Sequence record: ON568341.1
Length of the DNA stretch: 64,000 bases
DNA from: Escherichia phage UE-S1
Reading direction: 5' to 3' (one strand)
The position numbers were made by a program, and so were the translations under genes. Position 1 is the stretch's first letter. Each line of letters begins with the position of its first letter. Positions 48,218-57,593 of this stretch are shown here, in pieces. Under the pieces are notes generated by a model. The model saw only the letters and a program-made list of their open reading frames with translations. It ran no database searches and was not told the DNA's origin.

Positions 48218-48775
48218 ATGTTTTTTGACCAAACATTTACGTTGTATCACGATTCTGGTAAAGTTGAGATTATTGATAATCTGCTACTGTACATTTCTGA
48301 GCATGAAGGGATAGACCGTTTTCATAGTAAGATGAAATTCGATTTAGCTGAATTCAACAAAAAGAATCGTGAAACTTTTTGGAAGAACCGATTCTATTAT
48401 GAAATGTTCCCAGAAAGGTTTGTTGGTTATTATCTTTGTACTGAGAAAGGTTTATTAGTATCTCCAGATTTACTTATGGGTGAATACATGGTTCTCTATA
48501 ATGAGTACTGGAAAAATAAACGCAACGCTCGTGACATTGAATGGAGACACAAGCGTTCTTATATGTACAAACACAACCACTCCCGATACAAACGTCCTAA
48601 AACTCAACAAGAGCGTCGTATGGCGTGTGCGGTACTGAAGGATGAGGGAGAACCTGATATACGTGGAAGACGTAAGATGCGTTCACTACCATCGTATTGG
48701 GACGATACCAGAACAAGACACAGTACTGGCTGGAAATACAGTACTAAGCGTAAAAAACAATACAAAGGGAGCTAA
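48218..48775 (+). CDS. hypothetical protein with basic C-terminus
   Basis: 185 aa; GGAG RBS. Confidence 0.55.
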   Translation: MFFDQTFTLYHDSGKVEIIDNLLLYISEHEGIDRFHSKMKFDLAEFNKKNRETFWKNRFYYEMFPERFVGYYLCTEKGLLVSPDLLMGEYMVLYNEYWKNKRNARDIEWRHKRSYMYKHNHSRYKRPKTQQERRMACAVLKDEGEPDIRGRRKMRSLPSYWDDTRTRHSTGWKYSTKRKKQYKGS

Positions 48776-48790
48776 TGCTCCCTATTTTAT
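48767..48790 (+). terminator. terminator candidate overlapping stop codon
   Basis: GGGAGCTAATGCTCCC hairpin followed by TATTTTAT. Confidence 0.45.
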
Positions 48791-48802
48791 AGGTTAAACT
48801 TT

Positions 48803-49972
48803 ATGAGCAAAATTAATGTTGATGTAGTTATTGGTTATATTGAAATTGAACCGTGTAGTATTGATACAATGATTGACACTCTTAATAAGTATCGTTTAGA
48901 GTACAGGGGACATATTAGTATTTCGCCCGACGGTGGTTACGGTGGATTCCATGGATACAATGTAATTTGGACCAGAGAAGAAACTGACGAAGAATATAAT
49001 ACACGAATTGAAGCTGAATCTAAAAGACGTGAAGAAATTGATCGTCAAGAAATGAAACACTTAATGAACAAGAAAATCATTAAGTTCCGAAGAGAAAGAA
49101 AAACTTCTAACATACATCAAGGATTACATGTAATGAAAAATGTAACTCAAGAAAAGATTCTGTACCTTGCAAAGTACAATGGTGGTTTCAATATCATTAG
49201 CCGTGAGTATCGTGGTAATTTGGCTAAGTTGATTGACAGCTTGTTAGAATTCGATTTCATTAAATGGGAAACTAATGAACTTTGGTATGAATATGCTGGT
49301 CAGAAATGGGAAAGTGATTATGATAATGCAACACATACCTATACTATCACCAAAGCAGGTGAAGTTCGTCTATTGATTTATCGTCTAGCATATGCTTATA
49401 AGAATCATAAAGATACTGATAAGCACCAACGTAGGATTGATGAATTACAGCAAGCACTTCAACAATATGATTTAGATATTAATAATTTCAAAGATTGTTG
49501 TTCTAAGAATGAACTTAAAGCAATTAATGATTTCAATAGTAAGACCACAAATGTTGAATTAACTGATTCTGTTGACTTAGAACTTTCACCATACAATACC
49601 AATCCTACTTGGGGAAGAACTCTTACTAATATCAATGATATTGATTTCAGCCAACCAGCACTGAATAATATGTTCCAAATGAGTTCAATGCTGGGTGCTA
49701 AAGGTTTTGATGCGTCAAGAACTGATGATTATGTTCTTCGTAAAATAAATGAAGAACTTGGTGAAATGACACTTGAAATGAACATCCGTGATGGGTTATC
49801 ATATAAAGAAGCAGGTAAAGATGGTGTCAAAGGTGAAGCTGTAGATCTTTGCATTTGTGCACTTGACATGTTCGCTTTGCAATGCGATAATATGAGTCCA
49901 GAAGAGATGGAACGTGAGTTCCTTACTTACATGAATGTTAAACTAGCCAAATGGCGTAAATCAATTCAATAG
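48803..49972 (+). CDS. protein with C-terminal MazG-like NTP pyrophosphohydrolase domain
   Basis: 389 aa; C-terminal EELGEMTLE ... EAVDLCICALDM resembles MazG EE.GE...E..DLL motifs. Confidence 0.5.
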   Translation: MSKINVDVVIGYIEIEPCSIDTMIDTLNKYRLEYRGHISISPDGGYGGFHGYNVIWTREETDEEYNTRIEAESKRREEIDRQEMKHLMNKKIIKFRRERKTSNIHQGLHVMKNVTQEKILYLAKYNGGFNIISREYRGNLAKLIDSLLEFDFIKWETNELWYEYAGQKWESDYDNATHTYTITKAGEVRLLIYRLAYAYKNHKDTDKHQRRIDELQQALQQYDLDINNFKDCCSKNELKAINDFNSKTTNVELTDSVDLELSPYNTNPTWGRTLTNINDIDFSQPALNNMFQMSSMLGAKGFDASRTDDYVLRKINEELGEMTLEMNIRDGLSYKEAGKDGVKGEAVDLCICALDMFALQCDNMSPEEMEREFLTYMNVKLAKWRKSIQ

Positions 49973-49980
49973 GTTTTTTA

Positions 49981-50952
49981 ATGAAAACTAAAATTATTTC
50001 TGAACAAAAAATCGGCAATACTACAGTACTGAATATTGAAGTTCAAGATCTTAGTAATGTTCGTTCTCTTACTGTTTGTACTCAGAGAGATGATTTGACT
50101 GATTTTTATAACTCCGAATACATGTCAGAAGAACATTGGGATATGGGATGGTTAGACGGTAGTAGTTATATCAGTTCTCGTTATAGTTTTGGTTCTCATG
50201 AAAATATTGAACAAGTAAAAAATGAGTATATTAAACTCAGTGATACTATTGAAATGAAAGAAGAAGATTGTGTAGAACTTTTCATTTTTGAATTCGATGC
50301 AGGAAATGGTAATTCATTACTAGTAAGTAATATTGAAGAACATTTAATGTATCATGATATTGAAGATGTAGATTTTAAAAGTATTAAAAATGTTGTTCAT
50401 ATGGTTGGTGGTAGTATTACTGATGATTCAGATATCGGTCATAATATTTCACTGTGCTTAATTTCTCATCCAAAAACTCGTGGTTTTAAAGTTCCACAAG
50501 ATGAAACTTACGTGTTTGAAACTGCTGATGAAGGAATTTATCCTTGGAATGATTATGTAGAATACTATGGTCATTTCTGTTCTGATATAAAAGAACTGAA
50601 AAAAGGCGAACGATATTTTGATATGTTCCGTGCAGCACAGCGTTTAGTACTGAATAATACTGAACTATTTCCTGATCGCGGTGAAGAAAATATGATTGAT
50701 ATTATCTTCAAGAACTATGATTATGTGCAGAACATTCCTGATAATGTACATTTGGAATATGTTCACGGTTCTTCAAACAAATTCTATAATATTGAATTGA
50801 ATGTTTCAGTGTGTGAAGTAATCATTGAGTACGGTGCTATTGGTAAAACCAGTACTACCGATGGTGAAGAATTCGAAACTATTGAAGAAGCACGTAAGTT
50901 CTTCGAGAAGAAAGTAATTTCCAAAATTAAAAGTGGTTATATCCCAAAATGA
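49981..50952 (+). CDS. protein with C-terminal WGR-like domain
   Basis: 323 aa; C-terminus NKFYNIEL...EYGAIGK...EEFETIEEARKFFEKKVISKIKSGY resembles WGR domain. Confidence 0.45.
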   Translation: MKTKIISEQKIGNTTVLNIEVQDLSNVRSLTVCTQRDDLTDFYNSEYMSEEHWDMGWLDGSSYISSRYSFGSHENIEQVKNEYIKLSDTIEMKEEDCVELFIFEFDAGNGNSLLVSNIEEHLMYHDIEDVDFKSIKNVVHMVGGSITDDSDIGHNISLCLISHPKTRGFKVPQDETYVFETADEGIYPWNDYVEYYGHFCSDIKELKKGERYFDMFRAAQRLVLNNTELFPDRGEENMIDIIFKNYDYVQNIPDNVHLEYVHGSSNKFYNIELNVSVCEVIIEYGAIGKTSTTDGEEFETIEEARKFFEKKVISKIKSGYIPK

Positions 50953-50962
50953 GAAAAATATC

Positions 50963-51196
50963 ATGAAAAATATATTCATTACATTAACAATATTTGTATC
51001 CATTATTCTCTGTGGTTGTGCTCCTAAAGTTGATGAGATGGATGCTGAAATCATCCGTCAAGGTTTAACAAAACTAAATCACCAAGGAACACTATACGCA
51101 TGTCATACTATGCGTCATGGGCAAGATCTTAATCTCATGTGCAGGAAGATTGTGAACCGCAAACGTCTTAATACTATTCCGAAGGATGCACAATGA
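50963..51196 (+). CDS. small secreted or lipoprotein-like protein
   Basis: Track ORF 50933; ATG at 50963; MKNIFITLTIFVSIILCGC signal-like N-terminus. Confidence 0.45.
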   Translation: MKNIFITLTIFVSIILCGCAPKVDEMDAEIIRQGLTKLNHQGTLYACHTMRHGQDLNLMCRKIVNRKRLNTIPKDAQ

Positions 51197-51363
51197 AAGA
51201 AGTAATTGGCTACAAATGCAAAAATTGTGGCAAAGATATGGGTAAGCATTCAGTACAAGGTATGGCTTGTCCAAATCCAGGACGTGGTAATTTCAGAGGG
51301 TTCAGTACTGAAAAGTTTTATGAACCTGATTATTCAAAACCAGTAATGGGTTATAAATTATGA
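51193..51363 (+). CDS. small zinc-ribbon protein (56 aa), candidate
   Basis: ATGA overlaps on both ends; MKEVIGYKCKNCGK...CPNPG; below track cutoff. Confidence 0.35.
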   Translation: MKEVIGYKCKNCGKDMGKHSVQGMACPNPGRGNFRGFSTEKFYEPDYSKPVMGYKL

Positions 51364-51719
51364 GTGATTATGTGGCATTTCTTCATCGCTTTGGTGAAGC
51401 TAAAGAAAAACATATTATTCGTATGCCCGTATATGGTGAAAAAGACTGGTACAAAAGCACTATCAGTGTTGGTGCATTTCGTGACCGTGAAGCTGAATTC
51501 TTTCTGGGTAAGCAGCATGAACGAGAAGTACTTTGCTCACTTTGGCGTTTAGATGAGTGGGATAGTGAAAATTCCAGAACGGCTGAATCAATGATGGCTA
51601 TTGTTGGTATTGCGAACTATCAGCACCCATATAATCTATTACCTACATTTGAACATGCTTCTTTGTTTGACTTTTACAAAGCTGTAGGGTATGATTATAA
51701 AAAGAAACGTTACGTTTAA
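51360..51719 (+). CDS. hypothetical protein
   Basis: 119 aa ORF. Confidence 0.55.
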   Translation: MSDYVAFLHRFGEAKEKHIIRMPVYGEKDWYKSTISVGAFRDREAEFFLGKQHEREVLCSLWRLDEWDSENSRTAESMMAIVGIANYQHPYNLLPTFEHASLFDFYKAVGYDYKKKRYV

Positions 51720-51752
51720 CATCAGTAATGTTCTTTTAAATTGGAGATTATT

Positions 51753-52367
51753 ATGACTACATCGGAAAAGTACTGGTGGATTTTGGGTCATCCTAAATTC
51801 ATAAACAAAGATATGGTTCCAGCTAGGATTGAGATAGAACCCCATGATGTGTGTCCAATGACAAATCGAATTGAAGATTTCAAAGCATTAAATACAAAGA
51901 CTCAATTTTGGGTAGAATTTCTTTCACCAATGTATATTGAGCAAGACGATGAATGGGTACAAGCACATGATTACCAATTAGATTGTGGTGGTGATACGTA
52001 TGAAGAGGCCATTGATGAATTATACAAAAATGTGCTAAAAACATATGGTGATTATACCCAACAAGAAGCTGACGATAAATTTAATAAGACCCATGCATTC
52101 AAATCTACTCAATCAATTTTTAATCCCACTAAAACTGTTTGGGAGGAACGACATAGTTGGAGTTCATGTGTAATCGATGAAGAAACCAAAGAAACAATTA
52201 TCGATGACATAAAAAATGTAAAAAATACAATAGAAGCCTTGCGTGAATTCATAAAGTCTTGTACAATAGAACAACAGAAAGAGGCAAAGATACATTTGGA
52301 GAGTGAAGAATGTAAACTTTGGGTTCTAGAGAAATCGATTGAAAAGGGTATAGACTTAGACATATGA
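51753..52367 (+). CDS. hypothetical protein
   Basis: Track ORF 51741 (TTG); ATG at 51753 after GGAG. Confidence 0.55.
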   Translation: MTTSEKYWWILGHPKFINKDMVPARIEIEPHDVCPMTNRIEDFKALNTKTQFWVEFLSPMYIEQDDEWVQAHDYQLDCGGDTYEEAIDELYKNVLKTYGDYTQQEADDKFNKTHAFKSTQSIFNPTKTVWEERHSWSSCVIDEETKETIIDDIKNVKNTIEALREFIKSCTIEQQKEAKIHLESEECKLWVLEKSIEKGIDLDI

Positions 52368-52732
52368 ATAGTAAATTGGCGAAACTAATCGAAGATTTAC
52401 GCCAGATGCCGCCTATTGAACAAGTAGGAAATTACAAACGGTATCGTGTTATTGCTCGTGCACTTGATAAAAAAGGTCGAGTACTGGCAACTCGTACCAA
52501 TTCTTATACACAGACTCACCCAGTACAGAAGGGTTTCGCCATTCGTGCTGGGCGACCGCAAGGTGAGTTTCTTCATGCTGAAATTTCATGCTTACTGGCT
52601 GCTCGTGCTGATGTTCATACTTTACTGATTGCACGGATAAGTAAAGATGGAATTCCTGTTCCAGCCAAGCCTTGTGAGATTTGTACGTTGGCAATTATGG
52701 AATATGGGGTCAAAGAAATTATTCACACATGA
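52364..52732 (+). CDS. cytidine/deoxycytidylate deaminase-fold zinc protein
   Basis: 122 aa; HAE ... PCEIC zinc-binding motifs of the CDA fold. Confidence 0.6.
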   Translation: MNSKLAKLIEDLRQMPPIEQVGNYKRYRVIARALDKKGRVLATRTNSYTQTHPVQKGFAIRAGRPQGEFLHAEISCLLAARADVHTLLIARISKDGIPVPAKPCEICTLAIMEYGVKEIIHT

Positions 52733-52956
52733 AAAAAATTGAACGCTACAAAAACCATACAGTTGTGGCTGAAGATGATATATTTTATTATTATATTTTC
52801 AGACCCACACACTGTTTACAAATAACGACATTTGATAATGATAATAATTTCAAAGATGTCAACTTCCATATAACAGATTTAGCTAAATATTCCAGTACTG
52901 AACACTTTAGTAATCTAGTATTTGTGTACTGTATACCAAACCCAAATAATAAGTAG
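52729..52956 (+). CDS. hypothetical small protein
   Basis: Track ORF 52681; ATG at 52729 overlapping upstream stop. Confidence 0.45.
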   Translation: MKKIERYKNHTVVAEDDIFYYYIFRPTHCLQITTFDNDNNFKDVNFHITDLAKYSSTEHFSNLVFVYCIPNPNNK

Positions 52957-52965
52957 GAGATTCAA

Positions 52966-53325
52966 ATGGCTAAAACAATTTCTTTAAAAAATGAAAAGGT
53001 AGGACAACGAAAAGATGGTTTCTATGGTTTTTCTTGGACTACATTATTTTTTGGACCTTTCCCTGCATTGTTCCGTGGTGACTTTATTACGTTCATCGGT
53101 GCATTTGTAATTTACTTTATCCTAAACGCAGTGTCTTTTTGGATTGTAGGTTCTATTGCCATGATCGTATGGGCATTTCTTTATAATAAGTACTACACAG
53201 TGAATCTCATCAAGAATGGGTATAAATTCAATGGTACACATGAAGAAAATGCTGAAGCTGCAATGGCTTTGCAAATTGATTTGAATAAAAACAACACAGT
53301 TGATAAAAATAAAGATCCTGAATAA
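52966..53325 (+). CDS. membrane protein
   Basis: 119 aa; AGGAG RBS; two or three hydrophobic helices. Confidence 0.55.
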   Translation: MAKTISLKNEKVGQRKDGFYGFSWTTLFFGPFPALFRGDFITFIGAFVIYFILNAVSFWIVGSIAMIVWAFLYNKYYTVNLIKNGYKFNGTHEENAEAAMALQIDLNKNNTVDKNKDPE

Positions 53326-53544
53326 ATGGAAAAATACGATATAATTTACGATTATTATGGTAAGGCTTATATGAAGTGTGGGCGTTATGTTGAACTATCT
53401 AATAGAGATTCAATAGATCCTCACACTATTATAACAATTCACAACTCTTACTATAAAAAAGTTACAATAGCTAATTTTGCAACATACGTAAATAATCCTT
53501 TATTTCCTTACATTATTCAGTACTACTGTCGAGTTATAAAATAA
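53326..53544 (+). CDS. hypothetical small protein
   Basis: 72 aa ORF directly after upstream stop. Confidence 0.45.
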   Translation: MEKYDIIYDYYGKAYMKCGRYVELSNRDSIDPHTIITIHNSYYKKVTIANFATYVNNPLFPYIIQYYCRVIK

Positions 53545-53555
53545 GGTAAAAAGAC

Positions 53556-53966
53556 ATGTTAGCCGATGATTTTATGTCTCTAAGTACCAAAATATTTGAT
53601 ATATTAGGAGATGAAATCGATTTTCATCTAAATGATGCAACTATACCGTTAGAAGATGGTGGTTATTTTTTCGCAATTGGTTATAAGTACAATGTTGATT
53701 TTTCAATTCCGATTCCTGATGGAAGTGATTACACATCATCAACATATTTTGAATTTCAGTTCAGAGGACACAAAGAGCGTTTACTAACGTACAGACGTAA
53801 AGGTAATTTCAGTAGACCAGAGATTATATTAATGGATATTGAAAAACGCATAGAAATTGCAAAGAATAATCCATTCTTCAGTTCTTATGCATTAAACCAA
53901 CTTATTGAACTATTTGATGGCTATCCAGACAGAATACGAGGGTCGTTACGTATAAATGCAGAATGA
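53556..53966 (+). CDS. hypothetical protein
   Basis: 136 aa ORF. Confidence 0.5.
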   Translation: MLADDFMSLSTKIFDILGDEIDFHLNDATIPLEDGGYFFAIGYKYNVDFSIPIPDGSDYTSSTYFEFQFRGHKERLLTYRRKGNFSRPEIILMDIEKRIEIAKNNPFFSSYALNQLIELFDGYPDRIRGSLRINAE

Positions 53967-54141
53967 AATCTTCAAAAAAGAATACGATGGTGAAAGTCTC
54001 TATGATATTCAAAGAGACGTACATGAAGCCTTCGATTCAAGATTTAACCCATTAGCTGAACAAATCCCACAAGATGAATTTGGTTTTCAGGAAGGCACTT
54101 TCACAGTGACTATTACATGGAGTCCAGATGAGACTAGCTAA
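53956..54141 (+). CDS. hypothetical small protein
   Basis: 61 aa ORF. Confidence 0.4.
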   Translation: MQNEIFKKEYDGESLYDIQRDVHEAFDSRFNPLAEQIPQDEFGFQEGTFTVTITWSPDETS

Positions 54142-54245
54142 ACTTGTCATAGGGTGTAGTGCAATTGCTGCATATATGATTTTTTCACCTCCAACCAATG
54201 TATTACTGCTAATTTGGGCGGTTGTTATATTAGCAGTACTTTAAA

Positions 54246-54267
54246 AGCACCTTAGTGGTGCTTTTTA
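54246..54267 (+). terminator. rho-independent terminator
   Basis: AGCACC-TTAGT-GGTGCT hairpin followed by TTTTT. Confidence 0.6.
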
Positions 54268-54404
54268 TATTTGTGCAAATAAAAACCAATGTGACTTTTC
54301 CTTGATATATATCAAGAGAAATAGCCTGTTCTGACGCTATAATATTGTCTGGTGATATTAAATATCTTCACCCCCAGATGATTTCAAAATACAAGGAATG
54401 TACA

Positions 54405-56210
54405 ATGCAGCTAGATAAATTATATAATGACGTAACGAATTTCCTAAATCAGAGTAATACAGATCTCACAAATGAAAATGCGAACAAAGATGCGAAGTGC
54501 GTCAATACACACAGGGATTTACTTGCAGGTATCCTATCTAAACATTATTCACAAGATGTTATCCCAAATGAACTAATGCAGTGGCATAATGATGGTTATG
54601 GACATATTCATGATTTAGACTACTATATCAGTCCATTAACCAACTGTTGCTTAGTCAACTACCCAGATATGCTAAAAAATGGATTTACTATTGGCTGTGC
54701 TAAAATTGAAGAACCAAAAAGTTTTAGTGTTGCATGTACAGTACTAACACAGATTGTACAAGCTGTAGCTAGTTCACAATACGGAGGTCAATCGTTGGCT
54801 CACATTGATGTCGGGTTGGAACCTTACGTTAAAAAGTCATGGGATAAACTATTAGAAAAACAAAAGAAATATAATCTAAGTGATGAATACATTGAAGAAG
54901 AATTACGAAAAGAAGTATACGATGGATGTCAAACATTACTTTATCAAACTAATTCAATGATTAGTACTAATGGTCAAGCTGCATTTATTTCTCTTAGTTT
55001 AGGTTTGAATACTTCCAAATTTGGTAAATTAATCACCGAACAGTACTTAAAAGTTCATGAGAATGGTTTAGGTAAAGATAAGATTACTCCAGTGTTTCCT
55101 AAAGTGATTTTCTTTTTACAAGATGGTATAAACATGAATACCAATGATTGTAATTATGACCTTAAACAGTTAGCTATGCGTTGTGCATCAAAACGAATCT
55201 ACCCAGACTTTGTTTCAGTTCCATTAAATCACAAAGTGACGGGAAGTAGTGGCACTGCTGTAACACCGATGGGCTGTCGTTCATTCTTAGGAAAATGGGA
55301 AGATTCAAATGGAAATGAACAATATAACGGTCGCTTCAATTTAGGTGTAGTTTCTATCAATTTACCACTAATTGCTCTTGAAAGTGCTACAGATGGAGAG
55401 TTTTTTGATAAGATAGATGAGCATATGAATATTGCATATCGTGCTCAGATGAACCGCGTAGAGCGTTTAAAAGGTACAAAAGCGAAACAGAATCCAATTT
55501 TGTTTATGGAAGGTGCATTAGCACGTTTAGATGCAGAAGAGACTATTGACAAGCTATTTTACAATGGTTATGCTAGTATTAGTATTGGTTATGTTGGACT
55601 TGTTGAATGTTCGGAAATCCTCACTGGTTCTATCAGTAAGGAGTTTTGTATGTCAGTACTGAATTATATGAAAGTAAAATGCGATGAGTTTAAAAAAGAA
55701 AGTAATATTGCTTTTAGTTTATATGGAACTCCAGCAGAGTCACTTTGTTATAAATTTGCACGTTGCATTGAAGCAAAGTATCCGTCTGTTCTAAAACGTA
55801 ATTATATTACAAATTCATTCCATCAACCAGTATGGGTTGAAAGTTCTGCTTTTGAAAAGTGGGATTATGAGGAAAACTTTGCTTATCTAAGCAATGGTGG
55901 TAATATTAGCTATGTCGAAACACCAAACTTAACAAACAACATTCAAGCACTTGAAACATTAATCAATTATGCCTATAAAAAAATTCCATATTTTGGAATA
56001 AACCAGCCTATAGATCATTGTCATAAATGTAATTTTGAAGGTGAATTCAGCGTCGATAAAAACGGTTTCCACTGTCCAGTTTGTAATAATAGAGATGAAA
56101 AATCTATGTCAGTTATTCGAAGAGTTAGCGGATATCTTAGTGCACCAAATAGTCGCCCATTCAATAAAGGAAAGCAAGATGAAGTGATTCAGAGAATTCG
56201 CCATTTATAA
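54405..56210 (+). CDS. nrdD: anaerobic ribonucleoside-triphosphate reductase NrdD (class III RNR)
   Basis: Track ORF 54345 (TTG); ATG at 54405 after AAGGA; long collinear match to recalled T4 NrdD (NENANKD, NCCLV, VASSQYGGQ); C-terminal Zn ribbon CHKC..CPVC and glycyl-radical motif RRVSGYL. Confidence 0.9.
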   Translation: MQLDKLYNDVTNFLNQSNTDLTNENANKDAKCVNTHRDLLAGILSKHYSQDVIPNELMQWHNDGYGHIHDLDYYISPLTNCCLVNYPDMLKNGFTIGCAKIEEPKSFSVACTVLTQIVQAVASSQYGGQSLAHIDVGLEPYVKKSWDKLLEKQKKYNLSDEYIEEELRKEVYDGCQTLLYQTNSMISTNGQAAFISLSLGLNTSKFGKLITEQYLKVHENGLGKDKITPVFPKVIFFLQDGINMNTNDCNYDLKQLAMRCASKRIYPDFVSVPLNHKVTGSSGTAVTPMGCRSFLGKWEDSNGNEQYNGRFNLGVVSINLPLIALESATDGEFFDKIDEHMNIAYRAQMNRVERLKGTKAKQNPILFMEGALARLDAEETIDKLFYNGYASISIGYVGLVECSEILTGSISKEFCMSVLNYMKVKCDEFKKESNIAFSLYGTPAESLCYKFARCIEAKYPSVLKRNYITNSFHQPVWVESSAFEKWDYEENFAYLSNGGNISYVETPNLTNNIQALETLINYAYKKIPYFGINQPIDHCHKCNFEGEFSVDKNGFHCPVCNNRDEKSMSVIRRVSGYLSAPNSRPFNKGKQDEVIQRIRHL

Positions 56211-56384
56211 TATAGTATAACATGATTACCTCGATTTAACATAAATATTTAAAATTAAATCGAGTAAACTAATTATGAAATGAAAAATGAACAAAGAATC
56301 TAATTTTTTGTTCATTTGTTTATGAAATATCGTTTGATGATAGAATATTAAAAAAAACACTGAAATAAAATTAAGGAGAAATAT

Positions 56385-56744
56385 ATGTTAGAAGCTAAAC
56401 AGGTAATGTCAGGTGAACATCGTGGAACTATTTTTCTAAAAGAAGATGATGTTGTAAAAATTGTAGTATCTAAAACTTTTTCCGAAGATGATGAAGTACT
56501 ATTGAGTACTTTTGATGGTGAGGTTCTACGTGATGTACAGATCAAACATGAACCAGTAATTGAAGGTGGTCAGCATTTAAATGTAAATGTCTTATCTAAA
56601 GAACAACTCATTGATGCACAAAATAATCCAGAAAAATATCCGCAACTTACCATTCGTGTCAGTGGTTATGCTGTTCGTTTCAATTCACTAACAAAAGAAC
56701 AACAAGATGATGTAATTTCTCGTACCTTTACAAAGGAAATTTGA
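56385..56744 (+). CDS. grcA: GrcA/YfiD-like autonomous glycyl-radical cofactor (T4 Y06I-like)
   Basis: 119 aa; AAGGAG RBS; C-terminus [10 protein letters not shown]...[32 protein letters not shown] nearly identical in pattern to recalled E. coli GrcA. Confidence 0.85.
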   Translation: MLEAKQVMSGEHRGTIFLKEDDVVKIVVSKTFSEDDEVLLSTFDGEVLRDVQIKHEPVIEGGQHLNVNVLSKEQLIDAQNNPEKYPQLTIRVSGYAVRFNSLTKEQQDDVISRTFTKEI

Positions 56745-57070
56745 TGGATTTAAAGCCAATTGTGGTTAACAAATACAAAGAACCGTATGATGTGTACATT
56801 GGTCGTGGGTCTAAATGGGGTAACCCATTTACCCATATCAATGATAAACAGACGAAAGCCGAGTTCATTGTTGCTACAAGGGAAGAATCAATCGAAAAGT
56901 TCAGAGAATACATAATTGAACGTATTTCTAATGGCGAAGTTAAAATTGATGATTTACTTGAATTAGCAGGGAAACGTCTTGGTTGTTTCTGTAAACCAAA
57001 ATCATGTCATGGTGATGTTCTCGTTGAAATAGTGAGTGCAATACTAGATGAATTACCAGACGATAATTAA
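56744..57070 (+). CDS. DUF4326-like protein
   Basis: Track ORF 56741; ATG overlaps upstream stop; KWGNPF ... CFCKP..CHGDVL pattern. Confidence 0.5.
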   Translation: MDLKPIVVNKYKEPYDVYIGRGSKWGNPFTHINDKQTKAEFIVATREESIEKFREYIIERISNGEVKIDDLLELAGKRLGCFCKPKSCHGDVLVEIVSAILDELPDDN

Positions 57071-57518
57071 AGATGACCTTATTAATGGTGAGGGGGTGAG
57101 ATGTTCCCTCTTTGTTAGTGGGTGCAGTCATGGGTGTCCTGGATGCTTTAACGAAGTTGCATGGGATTACCGAAGTGGACAAGAGTTCAGTACTGAAACA
57201 ATTGATATAATTTTAGCTGAACTCAGTAAACCGTACATTAGTGGGTTATCACTACTTGGTGGAGATCCACTAATGAAAAAGAACATCGAAACAATTTTAG
57301 AACTATGTAAAATTGTAAAAGATACTTATCCAAATAAAACTATTTGGTGCTGGAGTGGGTATACTTTACAAGAGATTATGGTCAATCATGCCTCTCCAAT
57401 ACTGGAGTACATAGATGTATTGGTTGATGGTAAATTCATAGAAGCAGAAAAGAATTTAAAATTACCTTTTCGTGGTTCTAACAACCAACGAATTTTATAT
57501 AAAAATAAAGATTTTTAG
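57048..57518 (+). CDS. nrdG: anaerobic RNR activating enzyme NrdG (radical SAM)
   Basis: 156 aa; CSHGCPGCFN cluster motif; collinear with recalled T4 NrdG (MNY...NG.G.R..LFV.GC.H.C.GC.N). Confidence 0.9.
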   Translation: MNYQTIIKDDLINGEGVRCSLFVSGCSHGCPGCFNEVAWDYRSGQEFSTETIDIILAELSKPYISGLSLLGGDPLMKKNIETILELCKIVKDTYPNKTIWCWSGYTLQEIMVNHASPILEYIDVLVDGKFIEAEKNLKLPFRGSNNQRILYKNKDF

Positions 57519-57523
57519 TACAA

Positions 57524-57546
57524 AAGCACCCGTCGGGTGCTTTTTT
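57524..57546 (+). terminator. rho-independent terminator
   Basis: GCACCC-GTC-GGGTGC hairpin followed by TTTTTT. Confidence 0.65.
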
Positions 57547-57554
57547 GTTATGTA

Positions 57555-57562
57555 TATAAATA
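57555..57562 (+). promoter_or_regulatory. T4-type late promoter motif TATAAATA
   Basis: Exact TATAAATA about 30 nt upstream of the 57594 start. Confidence 0.5.
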
Positions 57563-57593
57563 CATTAACTAATATCTAATTTATAAGGGATAT

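Noticed and set aside
56211-56384. Group I intron splitting nrdD (as in T4)
   Set aside because: NrdD reads through to its own glycyl-radical motif and stop; the 174-nt spacer is too short for an intron and the downstream ORF is an independent GrcA-like gene with its own RBS.
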